This document shows, piece by piece, positions 41,095 to 64,000 of a DNA stretch of 64,000 bases. The notes beneath the pieces are model-generated. The model was given only the letters and a program-made list of their open reading frames with translations, did not search any database and was not told the DNA's origin. This DNA comes from the human T2T-CHM13v2.0 reference genome, Homo sapiens. A program made the translations under genes and the position numbers. The stretch lies in the NCBI RefSeq assembly GCF_009914755.1, contig NC_060945.1; one strand, written 5' to 3'. Position 1 is the first letter of the stretch, and each line of letters opens with the position of its first letter.

Positions 41095-42105
41095 ATGGGG
41101 AAAAAACAGAACAGAAAAACTGGAAACTCTACAACGCAGAGCGCCTCTCCTCCTCCAAAGGAACGCAGTTCCTCACCAGCAACGGAACAAAGCTGGATGG
41201 AGAATGACTTTGACGAGCTGAGAGAAGGCTTCACACGATCAAATTCCTCTGAGCTATGGGAGGACATTCAAACCAAAGGCAAAGAAGTTGAAAACTTTGA
41301 AAAAAATTTAGAAGAATGTATAACTAGAATAACCAATACAGAGAAGTGCTTAAAGGAGCTGATGGAGCTGAAAACTAAGGCTCGAGAACTACGTGAAGAA
41401 TGCAGAAGACTCAGGAGCCGATGCAATCAAATGGAAGAAAGGGTATCAGCAATGGAAGATGAAATGAATGAAATGAAGCGAGAAGGGAAGTTTAGAGAAA
41501 AAAGAATAAAAAGAAATGAACAAAGCCTCCAAGAAATATGGGACTATGTGAAAAGGCCAAATCTACGTCTGCTTGGTGTACCTGAAAGTGATGGGGAGAA
41601 TGGAACCAAGTTGGAAAACACTCTGCAGGATATTATTCAGGAGAACTTCCACAATCTAGCAGGGCAGGCCAACGTTCAGATTCAGGAAATACAGAGAACG
41701 CCACAAAGATACTCCTCGAGAAGAGCAACTCCAAGACACATAATTGTCAGATTCACCAAAGTTGAAATGAAGGAAAAAATGTTAAGGGCAGCCAGAGAGA
41801 AAGGTCGGATTACCCTCAAAGGGAAGCCCATCAGACTAATAGCGGATCTCTCGGCAGAAACCCTACAAGCCAGAAGAGAGTGGGGGCCAATATTCAACAT
41901 TCTTAAAGAAAAGAATTTTCAACCCAGAATTTCATATCCAGCCAAACTAAGCTTCATAAGTGGAGAAATAAAATACTTCACAGACAAGCAAATGCTGAGA
42001 GATTTTGTCACCACCAGGCCTACCCTAAAAGAGCTCCTGAAGGAAGCACTAAACATGGAAAGGAACAACCAGTACCAGCCGCTGCAAAATCATGCCAAAA
42101 TGTAA
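41095..42105 (+). CDS. L1 ORF1p, open 336-aa frame
   Basis: MGKKQNRKTGNS...LQNHAKM with REKG, ARR and YPAKLS motifs retained. Two single-codon deletions relative to the 338-aa consensus. Confidence 0.92.
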   Translation: MGKKQNRKTGNSTTQSASPPPKERSSSPATEQSWMENDFDELREGFTRSNSSELWEDIQTKGKEVENFEKNLEECITRITNTEKCLKELMELKTKARELREECRRLRSRCNQMEERVSAMEDEMNEMKREGKFREKRIKRNEQSLQEIWDYVKRPNLRLLGVPESDGENGTKLENTLQDIIQENFHNLAGQANVQIQEIQRTPQRYSSRRATPRHIIVRFTKVEMKEKMLRAAREKGRITLKGKPIRLIADLSAETLQARREWGPIFNILKEKNFQPRISYPAKLSFISGEIKYFTDKQMLRDFVTTRPTLKELLKEALNMERNNQYQPLQNHAKM

Positions 42106-42153
42106 AGACCATCGAGAATAGGAAGAAACTGCATCAACTAACGAGCAAAATAA

Positions 42154-45995
<3,842 letters not shown>

Positions 45996-46735
45996 ACAAT
46001 GAGATCCCATGGACACAGGAAGGGGAATATCACACTCTGGGGACTGTTGTGGGGTGGGGGGAGGGGGGAGGGATAGCATTGGGAAATACAACTAATGCTA
46101 GACGACGAGTTAGTGAGTGCAGCACACCAGCATGGCACATGTATACATATGTAACTAACCTGCACAATGTGCACATGTACCCTAAAACTTAAAGTATAAT
46201 TTAAAAAAATAAAAAAAATAAAAAAATAAAAAATAAAACAACTGCCCATTTTACCATCTCTTCAGTCCTTGACAAGCACCATTCTAACTTTTTTTTCCTA
46301 TGAGTTTATCTACTTAAGATACCTGATTATGAATGGAATCATAGACTGTCACTTTGTTCCTGGCTTATTTCAATTAACATGATCTTCTCCAGAATTATCA
46401 TATAATGTGTCTTTTTAAAGACTGAATAATATTCGACTTTGTGTATGTGCCACTTGTTATTAATCTGTTCATTGGTCAAGGGACATCTGGATTGTTTCTG
46501 CCTTTTGGCTTGTGTTAATAATATTGCAATAAATTTGGTTGTGCAAATATCTCTTCCAGATCTGCGTTGTACATTTTAAGTACATAGCCAGAAGGGGGTT
46601 TGCTGGATTATATAATAATCTCATTTTAAATTTTTTGAAGAGCTGTCATACTATTTTAAATATCGGCTTGAGGCCGTAGATTATTGTGACTTTGCTTTGC
46701 ATTTTTCTAGAAGAGTGATGTCGAGTATCCTTTTA

Positions 46736-47347
<612 letters not shown>

Positions 47348-47516
47348 TCATTTCAAACATTTACCATTCTAAATCAAGTTATTAACATTTTGTTGTTGTT
47401 GAATTTTAGAAGTTTATATCTTTTGGAAATTAACACCTACCAAATATGTGATTAGAAAATATTTTTACACTTTTTTGTTATATGTATGTATGTATGCACA
47501 TATATTACCCTATACA

Positions 47517-47630
47517 AGACAGGGTCTTGATATATTTTCATGGCTAGTCTCAAACTTTTGGCCTCAAATGATCGTTCTGACTTGGCCTCCTAAATTTCTA
47601 GAATTATAGGCATGAGCCAGCATGCCCAGG
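47517..47630 (-). mobile_element. Alu monomer (FLAM-like), diverged
   Basis: AGACAGGGTCTTG...GGCCTCAAATGATC...GGCATGAGCCA...CCCAGG. Confidence 0.7.
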
Positions 47631-48283
47631 TTTCACCCACTTATTAGGTGACATTTGTATGCCACTAAATTTTTCCTTGATGTGTAGAATACTTGAAGGT
47701 TAATGTAGTTCCTTTCTTTTTTGTTCTTTTCCTTGTTTCTTATGAATTTGATGTCATACTTAAGCAAAGTTTTAAGACTTATGTCATAAACTTTTCCCCT
47801 ATGTTTACTTCTAAGAATTTTATTAGTTTTTATGTTTAAGCATTAAATCCATTATAAAACAACTTTTCTTTTTATGTATAATACAAAAGAAGCATCCAAC
47901 TTTATTTTTGCTCTGTAAACATTCAATTATGAAAATTCTTTGTTAAAGAGATTCTTATTTTTCTATTGCATGGTCATGGAAAGCATATGGAAGATTATTT
48001 TATCACGTATGCGAGGGTTTATTTCCAGGATGTCTATTCTGTTTCATCATCTATGTATCCGTTTTTGTGGCAATACCATATTGTTTTTATTTTTGTAGCT
48101 TTGTATCATGATTTTAAATCAGAAAATGTAATAACTCTTTGTCCTTTTTAAAGGGTGTTTGCCTAGTCACAGTTCCTAAACAACTTTTAGAATTATACAC
48201 AAAAATTCTGCAAAAAAAATACCATTGGGATTTAGATGAAAATTACATTACATTTTTATATCATCATGGGTAATACTGACAAC

Positions 48284-48580
48284 TTTTTTTTTTTCCTTTG
48301 GAGATGGAGTTTTAGTGAGTCACTCAGGCTGAAGGGCAGTGGTGTGAGCTGTGCTCACTGCAAGCTCTGCTTCCCATGTTCAAGCAATTCTCCAGTCTCA
48401 GCCACCAGAGTAGCTGGGATTACAGTCATGCACCAACATGTATAGCTAACTTTTGTATTTTTAGTAGAGATAGGGTTTTGCCATGTTGGCCAGGCTAGTC
48501 TCAAACTTCTGATCTCAAGTGATCCACACACTTTGGCCTCCCAAAGTCCTGGGATTACAGGCATGAGTCACGTGCCGGCC
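48284..48580 (-). mobile_element. Alu (old AluS/J), dimeric
   Basis: T-tract and TTTTGTATTTTTAGTAGAGA linker, ending in CCGGCC. Flanked by CTGACAACTT and CTGACATCTT. Confidence 0.9.
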
Positions 48581-48980
48581 CTGACATCTTAACAATATTA
48601 AATCACCTGACACTTGAGCAAGACTATATGTAAGATCTTGCTTAATTTCCTCTTATTTACGTATCTGAAACATTTTCTTGCTTTTGATTTCTAGTTTCAT
48701 TTACATTGCATGACTTCAGTTTTCTTAAATTTAATAAGACATGTATCCTAACAGAATGTGCCATGTGTGATTGAGAATATTGCATATTTTGCTGCTTTCG
48801 ATCGCAGAGTTCTGTAAATGCTTGTTAGGTCTATAATGTTCAGGTTTGGCTTTCTTACTGATATTACATCTGACTATTCTAGTCATTATTGAAAGTGGAG
48901 TCTTGGAGTCCGCAATTGTTGTGTTGCTATATATTTCTTGCTTGACTTCTGTCAATATTGGTTTTACATATTTGAAAGAC

Positions 48981-49095
48981 GAGAATCAGTTGAACCTGGG
49001 AGGTGGAGGTTGAAGTGAGCCAATCGCGAGATCGTGCCATTGTCCTCCAGCCTGGGAGACAGAAACTCTATCTCCAAAAAAAAAAATAAGAAAGA
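48981..49095 (+). mobile_element. Alu right-arm fragment with A-tail
   Basis: GAGAATCAGTTGAACCTGGGAGGTGGAGGTTG...CTCCAGCCTGGG...A-run. Confidence 0.85.
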
Positions 49096-50562
49096 TATCA
49101 GTGTTATTTATAGTAATATAAAAATTTAATGTAATTTTTATCAAAATCCCAATGGTATATTTTTGCAGATTTTTCAAATTATATATATGATTTCTAAATT
49201 ATTGTTATGGATTTCTTGCAAGTTAATCCATGTCACCGTTACTTAATAACAATCTGTCTCTTTTTAAAATTTTTAACTTAAAATATATTTTGTTTAATAT
49301 AATTATGACCATGCCCCTCCAATTGTAGCTACTCTTTGCATAAAATATATTTTCTTTATACTGCTACTTTCAACTTATTTGGGTCCTTAGAGCTAAAATG
49401 ACTCTTGTAGAGAGTACATTGCTGGATCTTCTTTGTTCTTAATCCATTAAATCATTTTCTGCATTTTGTTTAAGGTATTTAACTTTTTGTATTTGAAGTA
49501 ATTACTGTAGTTAATGAAGTTACTATTATTATTTGGAATTGTCTTCTGTGTTTCTTGTAGATGTGTTATTTATCATTTTTTTCTCTTACTGCTTTATTTT
49601 TCTTCATTGATTTTGTAGTGACATGATTCAATTTCTTTCTCATTTGCTTCTGCATACCATCTACAGGTTTTTTTGTAATCATCTTGAGAAATAAAGACTT
49701 CATAAAACATCTTAAAGTTATGACAATATATAATGACTATATTTCAATGGAATGCAAAGCTTTACCTCTTTATACCCCCACTTTGTTATTAATATCACTT
49801 GTTATCTTTTCTTATTGAGTATCTATGAACCCATATTTATGCAGCTTTCTGCTTCATTTTTTAAATTCCATAGCAATAACGTGAAAGTTTTGTGCACCAT
49901 CATTATGACAGTAGAGGTTTCTATAGCTGTTTATGTATTTACATTTAATAGAGAGCTTTCTATTTTCATATGCTTTTATGACGCTGTGCAGCATATATTG
50001 TCATTTTTGGACGTGATAGACTTTCTTTTACATTTCCTTTAGCAGTGTTCCAGTGGTCAGTAACACACTCAACTTTTATTTGTTTTGGAAATGCTTAACT
50101 TTTTTTTCTGAAGTGAAATTATTCCAGTTGAAGGTTTTTGTTTAGCATGATTTCTTCTTGTTTAATTACCTTGTCATCTAGGGAGTTCTCAGCTACTTTT
50201 TAAAAATATCCTCTTTATTATTTTTCTCCTATACTGTTTTTCTAAGACTCCTTTTATAAATACAGTGGTCCACTTGGTGGTGTGCTGTAAGTCCCAATTT
50301 TCATTTTTTCTCTATTCTGTTTAAAAAATTTGTTTTCATGAATCAGTATTTATAAGTGCAATGTTATCAACTGTCTAATTTTTTCTGCTTTATTAAATCC
50401 GCTTTTGTGACTGCTGATTAAATTTTTAATATAGTTACTGTGTTCTTCAGAGTCACAATTTTTCTTGGTTTTTAAAAATCTTTTTATTGATATCTCGTTT
50501 TCTTCATGCATCACTTCTAATATTCTTTTGTTATCTATGTTCTGTTTTTGTTCATTAAGCAC

Positions 50563-53260
<2,698 letters not shown>

Positions 53261-54617
53261 CGAATCTCACCACGACCCCAGGCCGAAGCCGCCTCCATTC
53301 CCAGGGATGGCGGACTCCGGGCGCTCTAGACCTGGGGTCGTGGTGAGATTCTCCCTTGGATGCCCCTGTTCTACAGTAAAGGAAATATCTTTGGAATGTA
53401 AAAAGAGAGAAAATAATAGGCATCACCCCAATAGGCAATAATGAACAAATAACAAAGATGAGAGGTGCAAAGGCCAAGGAGGAAACTTTAAAAATGTGAT
53501 GTGGGAAGTTCGCTTCAATGAAATTGGTTCTGGAAGATCCTAGATTTACTTCTTTTGCTGCCACAGATGGACATTTCCTACCCTATGCTTATTATGCTCC
53601 TAAATCTTCTAAGGCTCCTCCTGTCCCTCCACTAACATTCCAGGGCATTCACAGTGACAGCCGAAGTTCTCCTCTTCTTTCTGTTATTCCCTTGAAGGCC
53701 TTGTGGTCTGAGTGCTTTTCCATTGTTTTGGGGGATCTGGGGAAATCTGCACATTTTGCGAGACTTCTATATTAAGCTATTTTGTAAAAATCTGTTCCTC
53801 ATGTCAGAAGTTTGTGAGAGTAAAAGTGCAGGCATTGGGGTTTGGTTCACATATTTCAGAAACACCAAGGACAAATGTTTCTGCTTCATAATTTTCAGTC
53901 CTATGATTTCAAATGTGATCCTGCAAAAAAATCGGAAAAACTTTTATCAGAGCCCAAAACACCTCAGCACATATGATATAGTGAAGCTTCTATTTCACTT
54001 TATTCTTTTTTTCATCTCTGGTAATGTAGGTCAAAAAGTTTTCTTTTCCTTGGTAGAAATTAACTTAAAAACGTGAACTCTCTATGCCAAGCACCTCACC
54101 TGTGGAATAGTTTATTGTATCTACTCACCTCAAAGAATTTTTAAAGACCTTAATGCCATAGAAAAACTTAGAAACCTGCCAAGAATAGAATAAATTCTTA
54201 ATTGTTACATGATTTCTTATTGAGTTATTTTATTATTTAATCTTATATAAAGCTTAGTGGGACTGTGATCTGCACGTTTTCACTTTTTGATTTTTATGTA
54301 TCCCAAATTAGCCTATAATTTTAGCTTCAGGGATTTCAGAATAGCATACTTGAATTTATGTGTTATATAAAAAGTGAATTACTTAGTATGCACCTCACAT
54401 TAATAAAATTTCAGTTTGTGTGTCTAAGTTTACTGCATAGAAAAACTTATCATTAGTGTTTCTATTAACTTTCCTCAACATTATCTGAATGATAGTATAA
54501 TTTATTTCTCATTGCTTATTATGTAGTAGTGTTTCATTGCATATTTTTCAATATTCATGTTGTTCCCATATTTAAAAATGTAAAGCTTTTCTTTACTTAA
54601 AAAAAAAACAAATTATA

Positions 54618-54900
54618 GGCCAGTGCGGTGGCTCACGCTTGTAATCCCAGTACTTTAAGAGGCTGAGGTGGGTGGATCACAATGTCAGGGGTTCAAGACC
54701 AGCCTGGCCAACATGGTGAAACCCCGTCTCCACAAAAACCACAGAAAGAATGAGCAGGGCATGGGGGCGGGTGCCTATAATCCCAGCTACTCGGGAGGCT
54801 GGGGCAGAGAATTGCTTCAGCCTGGTAGGTGGAGGATGCAGTGAGCCGAGGTCTCGCCACTACACTCCAGCCTGGGTAACAGAGCGAGACTCTGTTCTCT
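54618..54900 (+). mobile_element. Alu (AluS-like) lacking an A-tail
   Basis: GGCCAGTGCGGTGGCTCACGC...GAGCGAGACTCTGTTCTC dimer. Confidence 0.9.
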
Positions 54901-55511
54901 AATATCATTGAAATCTTCATTAAAATTTTCTTCTAAATGTTCTTTATAGAAGATTATAATGCATTTGTTGTGAAATTTTGTTACTCTAACCATATGCTAA
55001 TAATTCAAAATCTGTTCTTTATGGGTGTCCAGTTATGGTTGAATATTTCAGTTATCTAGAAAGAGTCTTCTTCAGTTGCATGATTTGTTTATTCAGTATT
55101 TCACAGGTTAATGTTTATCCAATTTTGTTTTGTAATATTTTATATTCCTGTATTTTCCTGTTAGGATAGGCTGTCTTACATCATTTAATTGTGTTTTTAG
55201 TTTCTGCTTATATGTTATAATTTTTTATGACTATATTTAACTGTGTACACTTTAAAAGAGTGTAGAAAAAAAGTCAAATATGAATCAACCATATGTGTAT
55301 TGCAAACATAATTCTCTGTTCGTTTGACTGTATAAACATTACTCATGCTTTATTTATGACTTCTGTATTTATTTAATTAGTGGGTGGTCAATTATTTTTT
55401 TAATCCTCTCTGGGTGAGTAGTTGTGGAAATTGCCCTAATTTCCACATCTATGTATTAATGAATCTATATTACGTTTGCGTGAGGAAAACACCTCTGTGA
55501 TGCGAGGGTAA

Positions 55512-55960
55512 TTTTTTTTTTTTTTTTTTTTTGACCACAGAAGTTTTTATTGCCCTCCTGCTCCGCAAAGGGACCTTGCTTCTGCTGGTTTAGCACCTCA
55601 AGACGTCTGTGATGTTGGTCTCAGACACCACTTTGCCGTCCACTATCCTGTGGGAGTTGGTCTTTTGGATGCTTTACAGGTATTTGCTGCTGTCCAGAAT
55701 ACCACCAAGATTGAAGTCCTCCCCATCTTCTAGCAGGCGGCAGTAGGTGGCAATCTCTGTGAAATGGGACACAGAGATCCAGGAGCCCCAGACCCCACGC
55801 CTCATAGAAGCTCGCCGCGCTGCTGACCTGCTGAGCACTTTAGCTGGGCGACTGGACAGATCCCAGGGACAGTTGATGGAGAAGGTGCGGAGCAAGTGGT
55901 GAAGCTCGCTGTGCACGGGGAGGAAAGCGAGAGGACAGGACTCAGGTTTTGCCGAGGTCC
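55512..55960 (-). pseudogene. KRT18: KRT18 processed pseudogene with a large internal deletion
   Basis: Minus strand: KRT18 5'UTR/head (CCTGAGTCCTGTCC...AGCTTCACCAC...CAGCAGCGCGGC) joined at ~55,758 to EIATYCRLLEDGEDFNLG...VDGKVVSETN, then the 3'UTR, AATAAA and ~21 A. Confidence 0.88.
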
Positions 55961-56099
55961 TGAAGATAATTATTGAAATGCATTAAAACGGTATCTCACT
56001 TAGATATTATTATTGTTTACATTGTTATAAGAAACATATAAAATTGACAATTATTTACAATTTTACAATAATTTACAATGACAATAATTATATAGTTTA

Positions 56100-56919
56100 G
56101 ACTTTTCAGCACATTGACATTATTCGACGTATCTCTAGAACATTTTTATCTTACAAAACTAAAACTCAATACACCTGAAACAACTGCCTGTCTTCTCCTT
56201 TGTTCAGCCCTTTACAAATGCTATCTTATTCTCTGTTTCTAAGGATGTTACTACTTTAGATATTTTATACATGTGGATACACTCAGTATCTGTCTTGTAG
56301 CTGGCTTTTTTTATTTAGCATAATGTCATCAAGATTTTATTTTTATTATAGATAAAAGGTTTTCTGCTTTTCAAAAGCTGGGTAATATTCTATTGTTTTT
56401 ATATTCCAAATTGTACCCATTCATTTGTTTGTTGAGGGAAGTATGGATTGCTTTAACCTATTGATTTTTGTAAGTAAAGCTACAATAAATATGTGAGCGT
56501 TTACATCTTTTTTGCACTCGGTTTTATTAGTCTATTTGTCTGTCTTTATGCCAGTAACAAACTACTTAGATTACTGTAGATTTGTAACAGGTTTTGAAAA
56601 CAGGAATTGTAATGTTTCCAAAATTTTTCTCTTTTTGAAAACTGTAGAGTTCTTTGTGGTCTCCTGAAATTCCATATATTTTTGGGAGTCACATTTTCTG
56701 TATCTGTCAAAAATAAAATTAAGAATTTTATAGGGATTGTATTAAATCTGTAGGTCACTTTTGGCATTATAGACATGTTCAAAATATTAAGTTTTCTAAC
56801 TCTTGAACAAAAGCATGTTCAAGAGTAAATTGCTTAATTTTTACATATTTGTGAATTGTATGAATTTTCTTCTGTTATCGATTGCTAGTTTTAATCCTTT
56901 TTGGTCAGAAATTATAGTA
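56100..56919 (-). mobile_element. Old L1M fragment
   Basis: Diverged L1MB-like 3' end and ORF2 remnant (MPKVTYRFNTIPIK). Confidence 0.65.
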
Positions 56920-56936
56920 TGTAACATTCAATTTTT

Positions 56937-62278
<5,342 letters not shown>

Positions 62279-62295
62279 TGTAACATTCAATTTTT

Positions 62296-63140
62296 CAAAA
62301 ATTCTGTTCAGAATTGTTTTTTGGCTTCATAGTTATTTTTAGGAGAATGTTTCATGAGCTTTTGAGAAGATTGTGAGTTTTGTTTTTGTGTAGAGTGTTC
62401 TGTATGCATCTGTTGTATCTAATTGCTTTACAGTATTTTCATGTCGTCTGTTTACTTTTTAATATTCTATCTGGCTTTTTTATTAATTACAGAACTGTTG
62501 TATTAAAATATTATACTTTTAATATATTGCCGTTTTTGCTTATGTTCTGTCAAGATATTATTGATATATTTAAAAATACTCATGTAAGGTGCATACATAT
62601 TTGTGTGAATACATAATTAGATATATACACACAATTATGTAAATGTGTATAATTGTCATAGGTTTCCAGTGAATAAACCCTTTTATTATTTTGTCCTTTG
62701 TTTTTCTGACAATTTGATTTCATAATATATTTTATAAACTAAAACAGTTATTTAAAAAGCATTTTGCATACTATAATTGTGACATAGTCTGTCCTCATTT
62801 GGTTATGGTTTGCATAATTTTTTGGATGCATCTTGCCACATTTAGTCTGTTTTTGTTACTATAGAGTAAGATGGCTCATATCTGTCATCCTAGCATTTTA
62901 GGAGATTGAGGTGGGAGGATCACGTGAAACCAGGAGTTTGAGACCAGCCTGGGAAACAAAGCAATACCAAGTCTCTAAAATAAATAAATAAATAAATTGA
63001 GTCCCTTTAGACAGATGTAGTTAGATTTTCTTTCTTTTTTTTTTTAATTCCTATACTCAATTTATGACTTTTGGTTGAGAAGTTTAGTTTGTGAGTAGTT
63101 ACATAATTTCCTGCATTTGAAGGAATTACTTTTGACACTT
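62296..63140 (-). mobile_element. Old L1M fragment (continues 56,100-56,919)
   Basis: Diverged L1 EN-region sequence resuming after the TSD. Confidence 0.55.
62870..62997 (+). mobile_element. FLAM/Alu monomer with (AAAT)n tail
   Basis: TGGCTCATATCTGTCATCCTAGCATTTTAGGAG...GGAGTTTGAGACCAGCCTGGG. Confidence 0.8.
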
Positions 63141-63721
63141 TGTGGAGTAAAATTTAAATATTAAATTTGAACTCAATTGAATCTGGACTCAAACAATGGT
63201 CACCAAGTCCTGGAACAGGTTGTGTGAGCCCCTTGAGGCTTTCATCCAGCGCTGTTTCGGATAAATCTCTATTTCAATTTATTCCTATATGTTAGTTACT
63301 GAAAAACAACAGACAATCAAAAAAACAAGTTGACCTTTTTCTTTTCCTTGAGCCCAGAAATGAAGGGCCCTCCTGACTGGACGTCATGCCAGATAACTCA
63401 TTACAAAAAGAGCTAGGGTTCCAGACTGTGCCAAAACTTCATGAGATCTCTTCTCATCTGTTCACGGACAAGTGGCCAACTCTGGAGCCCAGTCTGTTGC
63501 TTCGCAGTCTGGTGGTGAATCCTCCATAGTCTGATGAGTGTAAATATATATATCTCTTTTCCCTTCTCTCCGTCCCATTGCAACTTGCTTATTATATCAT
63601 TTGCTTATTATATCTGCATTGCCATTTACGTGGGATACAGTTTGTTTACCCTTAAAGGTATTGTGTGTGTGTGTGTGTGTGTGTGTTTCCTTCTCTCCTT
63701 GAGCATTTCCTGCGCAGAACA
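63141..63721 (+). mobile_element. ERV 5' LTR (LTR66-like)
   Basis: TG...CA termini, homologous to the LTR pieces at 35,966-36,479 and 39,602-39,884, and followed by a PBS. Confidence 0.85.
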
Positions 63722-63725
63722 TTTT

Positions 63726-63743
63726 TGGCTTCACGAACAGGAT
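63726..63743 (+). promoter_or_regulatory. Retroviral primer-binding site, tRNA-Ser(CGA)-like
   Basis: TGGCTTCACGAACAGGAT compared with TGGCGTCACGAACAGGAT, the recalled complement of the tRNA-Ser(CGA) 3' end. It lies 4 bp after the LTR. Confidence 0.75.
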
Positions 63744-64000
63744 CCGAAAGCAAAAGCATGCCATTTTTTGGTGCAGGGACCAGACTGGGAGCTCGGGGAC
63801 TTTCCATATCTTCAGATAGGAACTCCCCTAGTTCTTCCCCTTGGCCATTCAGTGGTCCAAGGGAGCTGGCGTTTGTGAAAATAGGCAATCTAAGTTAGTG
63901 CATTTTGAATCATTGGCTGTGTGTGAGGAGGTGCAGGGAATCCCAGTTGGTAAATGGGATGCTGAGAGAATTTCCCGGCATGGATGGTGCTTGCTTACTG
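63744..64000 (+). mobile_element. ERV leader/gag start (runs off the window)
   Basis: Homologous to the reverse complement of ~39,400-39,580. Confidence 0.8.

Noticed and set aside
53352-54130. Short ORFs and GTGAG donor-like sites
   Set aside because: No recognisable homology or coherent exon structure, so no call can be supported.

Overview
Primate (human-like) heterochromatin-flank DNA of the pericentromeric or acrocentric short-arm type. It has no intact cellular gene and no prokaryotic system. Bases 1-34,170 are a diverged 48-bp CER (D22Z3-type) satellite array of about 710 monomers, which explains nearly all ORFs listed there. The remaining 30 kb is a repeat and retrocopy mosaic: a deleted class III (HERVL66/HERV-S-like) ERV nested in a MER4-group LTR; a full-length L1PA2-like element with an open ORF1 and a broken ORF2; processed pseudogenes of FAM104B/VCF2, CTBP2 and KRT18; an L1PA7-like element split by a ~220-bp gamma-satellite array; Alus and old L1M fragments; and the 5' LTR plus tRNA-Ser PBS of a second ERV copy. 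The most unusual structures are the ERV bounded by two outward-facing U5 ends, the satellite array inserted cleanly into an L1, the hairpins at both ends of the CTBP2 retrocopy, and a 36-bp L1 micro-insertion in the satellite. I cannot support a new biological system. Family names come from recalled consensus sequences, not database searches.
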